A DNA stretch of 61,991 bases, filler included, from Chiloscyllium plagiosum (taxonomy: Eukaryota), in assembly GCF_004010195.1 (NCBI RefSeq). It is 3 parts of one record of this genome, joined end to end, with 100 filler letters (N's around TTAATTAATTAA, not from the genome) between each part and the next. Parts side by side here need not be neighbours in the genome. Positions count along the whole stretch, not along the records: positions 7,391 to 32,164 come from NC_057713.1; positions 32,265 to 61,991 come from NC_057713.1; 1 more part is not named here. The stretch is one strand, 5' to 3'. Shown in pieces: positions 24,596-35,887 of the stretch. The notes under the pieces are model-generated. The model had not been told where the DNA came from, did not search any database, and was given only the letters and a program-made list of their open reading frames with translations. The position numbers were made by a program, and so were the translations under genes. The first letter of the stretch is position 1, and each line of letters starts with the position of its first letter.

Positions 24596-25569
24596 CTCAA
24601 TGTTAGTGAGCTGACTGAGAAGATAGACCTGCAGATAGGAAGTTGACTACAGATAGGGTCAGAGTACTGGCTCAGGGGGGAGAGTCATGGTTCAGTCTTT
24701 GGTTGGGGGGATGGTGCCTGTGGTTTGGGCTGGGTTTGTTCGATTGTGCTGGAGACCAAGAAACAGACAGGCCTGTACATTTAAGACATTAGTAAGGCCT
24801 CAACTGCCCCCAGTCAGAATCTTGATTGTTGTAAACAGCTGAAGGGACACAGTGTCTGATACAATCTGCGAGACTTTGGGGCATCTGTCCTGGCATCACA
24901 AGGGCACTGAAACTCATGTACCACCCTGACCTACCTGCTGGTAGGCAGAATGTCCCTTGGCTGGACAGCAGCTTTGTGTTGGTGGTAAACAACCCCTCAC
25001 GTTATAGCTTGTGAAACAGCTCACTTCACCTGGTCCTCAAAGGTCTGAGATACTGAGGTGGACTGGGTGCTTTCCAAAGCTGTAACCCCTGGGGGTTACA
25101 CAATTTACAGAGAGAAATGATCTGGTGAGGGTCACCTTTAATCCAGAGGGCAGCTATGATTTGGCCTATTTAGAAAGATAGGCGATTCAGTCTATTGAAT
25201 CTGTCCCATCATTCAACATGATCATGGCTGATTAAACACTGCAATTCCTTTTACCCAATTCATCATCCTCACTCTAAACCTCACTGGGAATCAGAAAATG
25301 ATTAATCTGTATCTCAACCACAAAGACTGAGCTCTGACAATCATCTTCCAAATGTTTGCAATCCTCTGAGTAAAGGAAATTCAGCTCATTTCAGTGGCAA
25401 CTGGCAAGTGGCACCAACACCCCCCCCCTCCGGTTCTAGACTCCCCACCGAGGGGAAAGACCTTGAGCCAGGATTTCAGTATGAAATCTACACAAAGTAA
25501 CTGACCCTATGAACGAGGTTAGTCATGAGGCCAGTCTTGCAGCACATGGGTCTACAGGAATCCTAATGT

Positions 25570-25759
25570 TGTAAAAGGTAAAAACAATGACTGCAGATTC
25601 TGGATCAGTGGTGCTGGAAGAGCACAGCAGTTCAGGCAGCATCCGAGGACAGGCAAAATCAACGTTTCGGGCAAAAGCCCTTCATCAGGAATAAAGGGCT
25701 GATGAAGGGCTTTTGCCCAAAACGTCGATTTTGCCTGTCCTCGGATGCTGCCTGAACTG
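25570..25759. mobile_element. Short hairpin Penelope-end insertion with two inverted hammerhead motifs
   Basis: 15-bp duplication CAGGAATCCTAATGT at 25555-25569 and 25760-25774; inverted cores at 25661-25689 (-) and 25699-25727 (+). Confidence 0.8.
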
Positions 25760-25825
25760 CAGGAATCCTAATGTGTCAGCTGACAGTGACCCCACCCACC
25801 TCCTCGCCTTGAGATGGCGGCAAAA

Positions 25826-26800
25826 TGTACTGATGAGGGTAGTGTAGATGATGTGGTTTATTTCCACTTCAGTAAAGCCTTTGACAAGGTCCCACTTGGA
25901 AGGCTAGCCCAAAGGGAATAGCCCATGGGACTGAAGACAAGTTGGCAAACGGGATCCAAAATTAGCTTGTAAACAGGAAGCAGAGGGTAACAGTGGAGGG
26001 TTTCTGATTGGAAACCTGTGAACAGTAGTGTACCACAGGGATCAGTGCTGGGACCCTCACAGTTTGCTATATAAATGCAATGACTTGGATGTGATGTAGA
26101 AGGTATAAAAGTAAACTTACAGATGACATGAGGATCGGTGGGTGTTGTTGACACTGAGGAGGGTGGGGGGTGGTGTGCAGCCACACGACATGTTTGCTGT
26201 CATTAGCCAGGGAGTAGAATATAGGAACAAGAAAGTCTTGTTCCAACTTAAAACAGTGATTAGGTCACAGATGAAATACTGTGTGTAGTTCTGGTCCCCA
26301 CACTGTTGGAACAACATGACTGCACTGGAGAGAGAGTGGAGGAGATTCACCAGGCTGTTGCCTGGGATAAAAAGTCTCAGTTATGAGGAGAGATTGGATA
26401 GAGACTGGTTTTCCTTGGAGCAGAGGAGGTTGAGGTGTGATCTGATTGAGGTGTACAAAATTATGAGAGGCATTGACAGAGTAGATTGTGAGGCTCTGTT
26501 CCCCATATCAGACATATCTAAGATCAGAGGGAGTAAGTTTAAGCTGAGGAGTGAGTGGTTTGGGTGTGATGTGAGAAAGAATTTTTTCACCCAGAGGATG
26601 GGACATGTATGGAACGTATTGGCTGAGAGGGTGGTGGAGGCAGGTGCTCTCGTAACGCTGAAGACCGCATCTGGATAAGCACTTACAATGCCAAGGCTTT
26701 GGACCAAATGCAGATAGATGGGATTAGTGTAGTTTGGTGTTGTTGGTTGGCATAGACATGGTGGGCCGAAAGGCCTGTTTCTATGCTATATGACTTTATG
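25826..26800 (+). mobile_element. CR1-type LINE RT fragment with internal deletion
   Basis: [32 protein letters not shown] remnants and 3' UTR. Confidence 0.8.
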
Positions 26801-27029
26801 AACTACGAGTTACTGAGTTGCTAAGTTTAATGATATAGATTCACACACAGGAGGCAGGACCAGATCACCACCAAAGAGCACTGCTGTGAGATGTTAATGG
26901 CTTCCTCAAGTGACATTAATATTGTTCTGTAAGCTGAGTCTGGTCTCCATAAGGTGAAAGATTTCATCGATGTGCAACTGCAAATATAGCTCAAAACTGG
27001 ATGCAGCAATTCACCGAATTGTCAAGAAG

Positions 27030-27440
27030 AGTCAGGAAGGATATTATTTCATTGGAGGCAGTTCAGAGAAGGTTTACTGCGATGATCCCTGGGATGGAGG
27101 GATTGTCTTATGAGCAAAGGCTAAACAGGTTGGGACTCCACTCACTGGTGTTTAGGAGAATAAGAGGTGACCTCACTGTAACATATCAAATTCTTCAGGG
27201 TCTTGACAGGGTCAATGCTGACAGGATGTTAGGGACATAGTCTCAGAATAAAGGGACACCAATTTAAGACTCAGATGAAGAGGAATTTCTTCTCTCAGAG
27301 AGTTGGTTGTCTTTTGAACTCCTTGCCCCAGAGAGCTGTAGGGACAGAGTCCTTGTCTATATCTAAGGCTGTGATTGATTCTATTGAAGATTTAAAGGGC
27401 CAAATCGCCTACCCCTGTTCCTATCTCTTATGTTCTTATT
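27030..27440 (+). mobile_element. CR1-type LINE 3' fragment
   Basis: RKDIISLEAVQRRFTAMIPGM...RIRGDL. Confidence 0.75.
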
Positions 27441-27499
27441 GAATATACACAGCAATTAGAGTCCTTTAACCTGAACTGTCTTAAAGGTTAGGTCCATCT

Positions 27500-27975
27500 A
27501 CAGCCTTGGGATGTCCATGTATCTACTGCATTTGTCCTTCTAGGTGGAAGTGGTATTGGGTTCGAAAGGTGCAGTCAAAGGATTTTTGGTGAATTTCTGC
27601 ATTTTATAGATGGTACATATTACTGCTACTCAGCATCGGTGATGGAGGGGGTGGATGTGATACCAAACAAACAGGCTGCTTTGTCCTGGATGGTGTCAAA
27701 CTTCTTGAGTGTTGTTGGAGCTGCCCACATCCAGGCAAGTGGGGAGTATTCCATCACACTCCTGAGTTGTGCCTTGTAGATGGTAGACCGGCTTTGGGGT
27801 GTTAGGAGGTGAGTTACCCGCTGCAGGATTCCTAACCTCTGACCTGCTGTTTCAGCCACAGTGTTAATGTAGCGAGTCCAGTTAATTTTGTGGTAATCCC
27901 TCAGGATGTTGAAAGTGGGGCAATTCAGTGATGGTAACACCATTGAATCTGCGAGGAAAGTGATTAGATTCTCAC
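27500..27975 (-). mobile_element. Older CR1/L2-group LINE RT C-terminus (different family)
   Basis: TIYKAQLRSVMEYSPLAWM..TTLKKFDTIQDKAACL. Confidence 0.7.
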
Positions 27976-28069
27976 TCACTGGGAGCATGGAAGCTAAGAT
28001 TGGTGCGGGTCATAGTGGGATTGGAATTGGAATAATTGAAGTGGAGAATGCAGCTGCTCAAACACCTAC

Positions 28070-28322
28070 CAGTTATTGCAGGGATCCTTGTAAAAGATGT
28101 AGCCGGCTGGGTACCACTGGCCGTGATAGTAACAGTTACATTGTTCTGGTGGGACACAGGAGCCATTCTGCTGAAAGAGTCCGTCGGTGCAGTAACAGCC
28201 TTCGTAACAATGGGTGGTACATTGTACACTGTCTGTCAGGTCAAGGCATCCCCGGGGACAAGGACCACCTGACTGAAGACACTCATCCACAGTGAGGTAG
28301 ACCATCCCGTCTGGACAAGTGT
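28070..28322 (-). CDS. SSPO: SCO-spondin exon, TIL domain plus start of VWC-like module
   Basis: ttcacag|AC...TG|GTAGGT, 253 nt, phase 1-2; TCPDGMVYLTVDECLQSGGPCPRGCLDLTDSVQCTTHCYEGCYCTDGLFQQNGSCVPPEQCNCYYHGQWYPAGYIFYKDPCNN. Confidence 0.93.
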
Positions 28323-28519
28323 CTGTGAACAGAGCAATCCCAGAGTTAGAGACAACGCAGAAACAAGAGGGACACATTGAGGGACTGCAGGGGAGTGATT
28401 CCCTCACACACCACCTCCAGGAGGCTGACCAACCCCCATTCACACCCCCCGGGAGATCGACACCCCCACTCCCAGGGACAGTGAATGCCTCCAACTTATA
28501 TCAGAATGGGTAAAGAAAG

Positions 28520-29050
28520 AATAGAGTCATAGATATGTACAGCACGGAAACAGATCTGTCGGTCCAACTCATCCATGTTGACCAGATATCCCAGCCCAAT
28601 CTAGTCCCACCTGCCAGCACTTGGCCCATATCCCTCTAAACCCGCCCTTCCTATTCATGTACCCATCCAGATGCCTTTTAAATGTTGCAACGGTACCAGC
28701 TATCACTTCCTCTGGCAGCTCATTCCGTCCACGCACCATCCTCTGCATGAAAAAGTTGTCCCTTCGGTCCCTTTTATATCTTTCCCCTCTCACCCTAAAC
28801 CAATGGTCTCTAGTTCTGGACTCCCACACCCCAGGGAAAAGGCCTTGTCTATTTACCCTATCCATGCCCTGCATGATTTTATAAAACTCTATAAGGTCAT
28901 CCCTCAGCCTCTGACACTCCAGGGATTCAGTCTCTCCCCATTCAACCCCTCCAAACCTACCAACATCTTTGTAAATCTTTGCTGAACCCTTTCAAGTTTC
29001 ACAACATCCTTCCGATAGGAATGAGAACAGAATTGCACGCAATATTCCAA
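28520..29050 (-). mobile_element. HER1/CR1-type LINE 3' fragment
   Basis: Same 3' sequence as 4853-5310 and 61490-61991. Confidence 0.8.
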
Positions 29051-29055
29051 AAAGT

Positions 29056-29375
29056 GGGATGGCACGGTGGCTCAGTGGTTAGCACTGCTGCCTCACAGCG
29101 CCAGGGACCCGGGTTCAATTCCAGCCTCAGGCGACTGACTGTATGGAGTTTGCACATTCTCCCCGTGTCTGCGTGGGTTTCCTCCAGGTGCTCCGGTTTC
29201 CTCCCACCGTCCAAAGATGTGCAGGTCAGGTGAATTGGCCATGCTAAATTGCCCGTAGTGTTAGATGCATTAGTCAGGGGTAAATGTAGGGAATGGGTCT
29301 GGGTGGGTTACTCTTCGGAGGGTCAGTGTGGACTTGTTGGGCCGAAGGGCCTGTTTCCACACTGTAGGGAATCTA
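29056..29375 (+). mobile_element. HE1-type SINE
   Basis: tRNA-like head, V-SINE core, tail. Confidence 0.9.
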
Positions 29376-29384
29376 AAAAAAAAT

Positions 29385-29610
29385 GCTGAAAATGTGTTGC
29401 TGGAAAAGCGCAGCAGGTCAGGCAGCATCCAAGGAGCAGGAGAATCGACGTTTCGGACATGAGCCCTTCTTCAGCCATTCCTGATGAAGGGCTTTTGCCC
29501 GAATTGTCGATTTTCCTGCTCCTTGAATGTTGCCTGATCTGCTGCGCTTTTCCAGCATCACTCTGATCTAAACTCTGGTTTCCAGCATCTGCTGTCCTCA
29601 CTTTTGCCAC
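29385..29610. mobile_element. Hairpin Penelope-end insertion with inverted hammerhead motifs
   Basis: Minus core CTGAAGAAGGGCTCATGTCCGAAACGTC (29447-29474); plus copy mutated (GAATTGTC). Confidence 0.75.
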
Positions 29611-30226
29611 AGAAAGAGGCCATTCAGCTCATCTTGTTCATGCTGACCCAGAGATGCCATTTCTAATCCCATTTTACTACTCCCTGGCTTTTTGATCTCT
29701 CCACCAAGGGAAACAGGTTCCTCCTGTCTATTCTATCTCTACCCCTCACATTATTGTCTACCCTAATCATGTTGGCCCTCAGCCTTCTCTGTTCCAAGGA
29801 AAACAAACCCAACCTCCCCAATCTTGCCTTGTGACTACAATTCTCCAGCTCAGGCAAACTTCAGTCAATCCTCTCTGCACTCTCTCCAGAATTACATCTT
29901 CCTGTACTGTAGCGACCAGACCGCACACAGTACTTCAGTTGTGTCCTCACTGGAGTCTTATACAGTTTCATCAATATATTCCTACCCTTGTATTCTGTAC
30001 CTCTGCCAATGAAGGACAGCATTCCACATCTTTCTTTACAAACTATCTCTCTGTACTGCTAACTTTCAGGACCTGGTCATCCACTGTCACTTCACACATT
30101 TACCCATCTCCATTTCCCAAAATTAAATCTAGAATGATGTCTCCTGTCATTGGGTTTGTCACATATTGTTTGTGTGAGCCCTGGTGTGTCTGTAGATTGT
30201 GGAAAAGGATAAGGTGAAGTTCTTAC

Positions 30227-30397
30227 GATCACATGGCTGAGTGTTACAGTCCCGTGTTTGAATGTGTGGACCAACACATTGGTTGCCTCCGTGGCGTGAC
30301 TGGGGGTTTGTGCAGCTTCGGTTCCTGAACTGCACTCCAAAGTTACACAGTGAACTGCACTCAGACCACAGGCTCCAGGAGCTCCAACCTCCAGGTA
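30227..30397 (-). CDS. SSPO: SCO-spondin exon, TSP1 repeat
   Basis: tgtttcag|TA...C|GTAAGA, 171 nt, phase 1-1; PGGWSSWSLWSECSSLCNFGVQFRNRSCTNPQSRHGGNQCVGPHIQTRDCNTQPCD. Confidence 0.93.
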
Positions 30398-30848
30398 CTG
30401 AAACAAAACACAATACAACACAGGCTCCTGGGACCACCACACAGTTACAAAGGACAGCACCAACTGGAGCCAGTGCCCCATATCCAACCATTCCACTGTC
30501 TGCCAACCACCCCCCCCCCCCNNNNNNNNNNNNNNNNNNNNNNNNNNNNNNNNNNNNNNNNNNNNNNNNNNNNNNNNNNNNNNNNNNNNNNNNNNNNNNN
30601 NNNNNNNNNNNNNNNNNNNNNNNNNNNNNNNNNNNNNNNNNNNNNNNNNNNNNNNNNNNNNNNNNNNNNNNNNNNNNNNNNNNNNNNNNNNNNNNNNNNN
30701 NNNNNNNNNNNNNNNNNNNNNNNNNNNNNNNNNNNNNNNNNNNNNNNNNNNNNNNNNNNNNNNNNNNNNNNNNNNNNNNNNNNNNNNNNNNNNNNNNNNN
30801 NNNNNNNNNNNNNNNNNNNNNNNNNNNNNNNNNNNNNNNNNNNNNNNN

Positions 30849-32522
30849 ACCCCTCACCACTTGGAAAAAGGCTCTCCCTGTCCACCCTATCTAACCCTCT
30901 GATTATCTCTCAACCTTCTTCTCTCTAACGAGAACAGCCTCAAGGCCTTCAGCCTTTCCTCGTAAGACCTTTCCTCCATACCAGGCAACATCCTGGTAAA
31001 TCTCCTCTGCAACCTTTCCAAAGCTTCCACATCCTTCTTATAATGCGGTGACCAGAACTGTACACAATACTCCAAGTGCGGCCGCACCAGAGTTTTGTAC
31101 AGCTGCAGAATAATATCCTGGTTCCGGAACTCAATCCCTCTATTAATAAAGGCCAAAACACTGTATGCCTTCTTAACAACCCTGTCAATCTGGGTGGCAA
31201 CTTTCAGGGATCTGTGTACCTGGACACTGAGATCTCTCTGCGCATCTGCACTCCCAAGAATCCTACCATTAGCGCAGTACTTTGCATTCCGATTACTCCA
31301 GCCAAAGCGTATGATCTCACACTTGTCCACATTAAACTCCATTTGCCACCCCTCAGCCCAGCTCTGCATCCTATCTATGTCTCTTTGCAACCTACTACGT
31401 CCTTCGTCACTATCCACAACTCCACCGACCTAAGTGTCATCCGCAAATTTACTAACCCACCCTTCTACGCCCTCATCCAGGTCATTTATAAAAGTGACAA
31501 ACAGCAGTGGCCCCAAAACAGATCCTTGCAGTACACCGCTAGTAACTGGACTCCAGGATGAACATTTCCCATCAACCACCAACCTCTGTTTTCTTTCAGC
31601 ACGCCAATTACTGATCCAAACTGCTATGTCTCTCACAATCCCATTCCCTCGCATTTTATACAATAGCCTACTGTGGGGAACCTTATCGAACGCCTTGCTG
31701 AAATCCATATACACCACATCAACCGGTTTACTCTCATCTACCTGTTTGGTCACTTTGTCAAAGAACTCAATAAGATTCGTTAGGCACGACCTACCTTCAC
31801 AAAACCGTGCTGACTGTCCCTGATCAAATTATTCTTTTCTAGATGGTTATAAATCCTATCTCTTATAACCTTTTCCAATACTTTACCAACAAGTGAAGTG
31901 AGACTCACTGGTCTGTAATTACCAGGGTTGTCTCTACTATCCTTTTTGAACAGGGGAACCACATTTGCTATCCTCCAGTCCTCAGGCACTATTCCTGTGG
32001 ACAATGATGATTTGAAGATCAATGCCAAAGGCTCGGCAATCTCTTCCCTGGCTTCCCAGAGGATCCCAGGATAGATCCCATCCGGCCCAGGGGACTTGTC
32101 TATTTTCACACTATGCAGTATTTCTAATGCCTCTTCCTTGTGAACCTCAATCTCTTCTAGTCTANNNNNNNNNNNNNNNNNNNNNNNNNNNNNNNNNNNN
32201 NNNNNNNNTTAATTAATTAANNNNNNNNNNNNNNNNNNNNNNNNNNNNNNNNNNNNNNNNNNNNGTTATAGCTTTCCCAATCAATATCAGGAAAGTTAAA
32301 GTCCCCCATAACAACCACCCTATTACTTTCACTCTTCTCTTGAATCATCCTCGCAATCCTTTCTTCTACGTTTCTAGGACTATTAGGAGGCCTGTAAAAA
32401 ACTCCTAACAGGGTGACCTCACCTTTCCTATTCCTAACCTCAGCCCAAACTACCTCAGATGGCGAGTCTTCATCCATCGTCCTTTCCACCGCTGTAATAT
32501 GATCTTTGACAAGCAATGCCAC
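30849..32522 (-). mobile_element. CR1-type LINE ORF2 (endonuclease C-part and RT), frameshifted, spans a spacer gap
   Basis: [71 protein letters not shown]. Confidence 0.92.
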
Positions 32523-33124
32523 ACCTCCTGCCTGGAGAGCAGGCAGGAAAGTGGAGTTGAGGCCAAGATGAGAACAGCCATGATTAGCCAGTATTAATGG
32601 CAGAGCAGGCTCAGGGCTGAGTTACCTACTCCTGTTCCTAGTTCTGATGTTCTTTGGCCCCAGCTATTCACAACATATATCAACAATTTGATAGAGGGGA
32701 TCACAGAATGTCTCAGCGTGGAGGAAGACCATTCGGTCCATTGAGCTTGCACTGGTTCTATTACCTTGGGCCAATCTCCTGCCTTTTCCCCATGTCCTTG
32801 CACACTATTTCTATCCAAAATAACAATCCAATGCCCCTCTTGACTGCCTCAGTTGAATCTGTCCCCACCACATTTCCAGCCCTCAACTGCAGAGTGAGAA
32901 AGATTTTTCTCACATCACCCTTTGCTTCATGTGAACATCACTTTAAATCGATGCTTCTCTTATTCTTGTTCCTTTTACAAGTGGGAACAACTCCTCCCTT
33001 TTACTCTCCCAGGGAGAACAGTCCTAACCTCTTCAATCTCTCCCCATCACGGACATGTCTCATTGCTGAAACCAATAAATCTGAGATAAAGTTCTGATGG
33101 GAGGTGGGAGAGGATGTTACTCAC

Positions 33125-33266
33125 TCCATGGACAGCCCAGGATCTCAGTGCGCAGGTAAATCCCATTGTGATGTTCAACCGGGACAATCCTCAAGAAACG
33201 AGCAAAAATAAGATGCTTGAGGTCCTGTCTGACTGGGGTGTTGGTGTCGGTGTTTGCTGGAAAGAT
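33125..33266 (-). CDS. SSPO: SCO-spondin exon, F5/8 type C domain C-terminal part
   Basis: Acceptor taatttag|ATC, donor A|GTGAGT. Translates IFPANTDTNTPVRQDLKHLIFARFLRIVPVEHHNGIYLRTEILGCPW (discoidin ARFLRI..LRxEILGC). Phase 0 start fits the previous exon. Not in the ORF track. Confidence 0.9.
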
Positions 33267-33521
33267 CTAAATTAGAGAATAAAGCTAATGTAACAAAAAC
33301 ATTAGAAATGATGATGAATTCAGCACACTGTGCAACTTGCTCATTGCCAAAGTCGAAATGTGATGGGGCTAGAGCTCCTAAGGATCCAAATGATGCCAGA
33401 ACAGTCAGACATGTTCTAATTCAGCTTAACTCAACAATGGGTGACCATGGTAACATCATTGATTGGCACAAAAACCTATCAGCTTCAGAAATGCCTTGTC
33501 AGCCTCACACAATGTGGCCAA

Positions 33522-33695
33522 AGTGAGGACTGCAGATGCTGGAAACCAGAGTTTACATCAGAGTGGTGTTGGAAAAGCACAGCAGGTCAGGCAGCATCCG
33601 AGGAGCAGGAGGGCTTTTTGCTCGAAACGTTGATTCTCCTGCTCCTGAGATGCTGCCTGACCTGCTGTGCTTTTCCAGCACCACGCTGATGTAAA
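33522..33695. mobile_element. Short hairpin Penelope-end insertion
   Basis: Inverted arms; duplication CTCACACAATGTGGCCAA at 33504-33521 and 33696-33713. Confidence 0.75.
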
Positions 33696-34231
33696 CTCAC
33701 ACAATGTGGCCAATGTGACTCCAGACCTCATGGTGGATAAGAAAAGCTGGCTTATTATTGATGCCGACATCCCATGAAACAATTAATTGTCACATGACTG
33801 TGGAGTGGAGCCTCAGATTGACTTCTAAATCTCAAAATGTATTTATTTGGCAGGTTGTCTTTTGGAACATCCAGAGGATGTGAGAGGTGCTTTTAACTGC
33901 AATTCTTATTCCATTCATTAACCAAGTGGAGTGGCCCTACCTGACTGGAGATTGATGGTGGAGAGATCTCCTAAACCCGCCAACCCCCCACCCCCACCCC
34001 CCTTGATATTGTGTGGCTGGCAGGTGCCCTCTAACATCTGCCTAGACCCATGTACCCATTGTTGTACCCAACACCAGCCTCTGACACCCCAAACCCTCAC
34101 AACAAGCCATCAATCCCGACTCATCAAAGCCGACCACCAGTGATGTATGTTCAATCCTGCCTGCAAACATCAGGCCCCTAACACCACCCAGTACCACCCA
34201 GCCAGATCGCCCATTCATTAATGCCCCCTAC

Positions 34232-34447
34232 CTTGGCAGGTTGTGACCAGTCCATGGTGTCAGTGTAGTTTACAAAGCGGATCCCATCGTAGCTGTACAT
34301 GAGTCGGTAGCTGGTGATGAAGCCCCCAGCTCGGGTTCCGCCCTGAGTAATTACTCCAGAGATGAAGGTGGGAAACAGAAAATCCACTTGGAAATAGGGA
34401 TGTGGATCTGTATCCACAGGACTCCAGCCAGGTTCCAGGTTTAATCT
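34232..34447 (-). CDS. SSPO: SCO-spondin exon, F5/8 type C (discoidin) domain N-terminal part; 5' end lost in N-gap
   Basis: RLNLEPGWSPVDTDPHPYFQVDFLFPTFISGVITQGGTRAGGFITSYRLMYSYDGIRFVNYTDTMDWSQPAK, ending AAG|GTAGGG (phase 0). Confidence 0.88.
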
Positions 34448-34947
34448 NNNNNNNNNNNNNNNNNNNNNNNNNNNNNNNNNNNNNNNNNNNNNNNNNNNNN
34501 NNNNNNNNNNNNNNNNNNNNNNNNNNNNNNNNNNNNNNNNNNNNNNNNNNNNNNNNNNNNNNNNNNNNNNNNNNNNNNNNNNNNNNNNNNNNNNNNNNNN
34601 NNNNNNNNNNNNNNNNNNNNNNNNNNNNNNNNNNNNNNNNNNNNNNNNNNNNNNNNNNNNNNNNNNNNNNNNNNNNNNNNNNNNNNNNNNNNNNNNNNNN
34701 NNNNNNNNNNNNNNNNNNNNNNNNNNNNNNNNNNNNNNNNNNNNNNNNNNNNNNNNNNNNNNNNNNNNNNNNNNNNNNNNNNNNNNNNNNNNNNNNNNNN
34801 NNNNNNNNNNNNNNNNNNNNNNNNNNNNNNNNNNNNNNNNNNNNNNNNNNNNNNNNNNNNNNNNNNNNNNNNNNNNNNNNNNNNNNNNNNNNNNNNNNNN
34901 NNNNNNNNNNNNNNNNNNNNNNNNNNNNNNNNNNNNNNNNNNNNNNN
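34448..34947. other. 500-N scaffold join
   Basis: Exactly 500 N; interrupts an SSPO exon. Confidence 0.95.
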
Positions 34948-35241
34948 ACTCTACACCAACCCTCCGAAGAGTAACCCACCCAGACGTATTCCTCTACCCT
35001 ACATTTACCCTTGACTAATGCACCTGACCTACACATCCCTGAACACTATGGGCAATTTAGCATGGCCAATTCACCTAACCTGAATATCTTTGGATTGTGG
35101 GAGGAAACCGGTGCACCCAGAGGAAATCTACACAGACACAGGGAGAATATGCAAACTCCACTCAGGCAATCTTCCCAAGGCTGGAATCGAACCCAGGTTC
35201 CTGGTGTTGTGAGACAGCAGTGCTAACCACTGAGCCACCAT
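34948..35241 (-). mobile_element. HE1-type SINE (older)
   Basis: Diverged V-SINE core and tRNA-like head. Confidence 0.8.
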
Positions 35242-35586
35242 GTCCCCTGATTATGTCCTGTTGATGAGAAATAGAAGGAAATTCTAATGTCATTGATGTA
35301 AATGTTTTTCAAATTAATGATATGGCATTTTAAAATGTGTTTCAAAATCTTTCAATCTCTGTTGTGTATAAGTAGTTTTTTAATATAGTTTATCTTCAAA
35401 TCTTTTGCAATAATAATCTACTGCTTTATTGTTAAACCCAAATCTGCAGCAGTCCATGTTTCAGTTTCAGTGAATGACCACTGCACTGAAATCAATATGA
35501 TCTATCAAGACAGATTCAGTCCAGGGTCTGACATCTGTAATAACATTAACTAGGATCACCAAAACCCTTTATACAAAACCCTTTGT

Positions 35587-35887
35587 GGGCGGCTCGGTGG
35601 CACAGTGGTTAGCACTGCTGCCCCATAGCGCCAGAGACCCGGGTTCAATTCCCACCTCAGGCGACTGACTGTGTGGAGTTTGCACATTCTCCCCATGTCT
35701 GTGTGGGTTTCCTCCGGGTGCTCCGGTTTCCTCCCACAGTCCAAAGATGTGCAGGTCAGGTGAATTGGCCATGCTAAATTGTCCGTAGTGTTAGTGGTAT
35801 GGGTGGTTTGCGCTTCGGCGGGTCGGTGTGGACTTGTTGGGCCGAAGGGCCTGTTTCCACACTGTAAAGTAATCTAATCTAATCTAA
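35587..35887 (+). mobile_element. HE1-type SINE
   Basis: tRNA-like head, core, (AATCT)n tail. Confidence 0.9.

Larger units (their letters stand above)
6223..34447 (-). other. SSPO: SCO-spondin gene, partial span (11 exons found; gene continues beyond the left edge and into or past the gap at 34448)
   Basis: Exon chain F5/8C, F5/8C, [gaps], TSP1, TIL+VWC-like, linker, TSP1, short TSP1, TIL, VWC-like, linker, TSP1 with GT-AG sites and matching phases. Domain order and motifs ([44 protein letters not shown]) match vertebrate SCO-spondin as I recall it. Confidence 0.93.
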
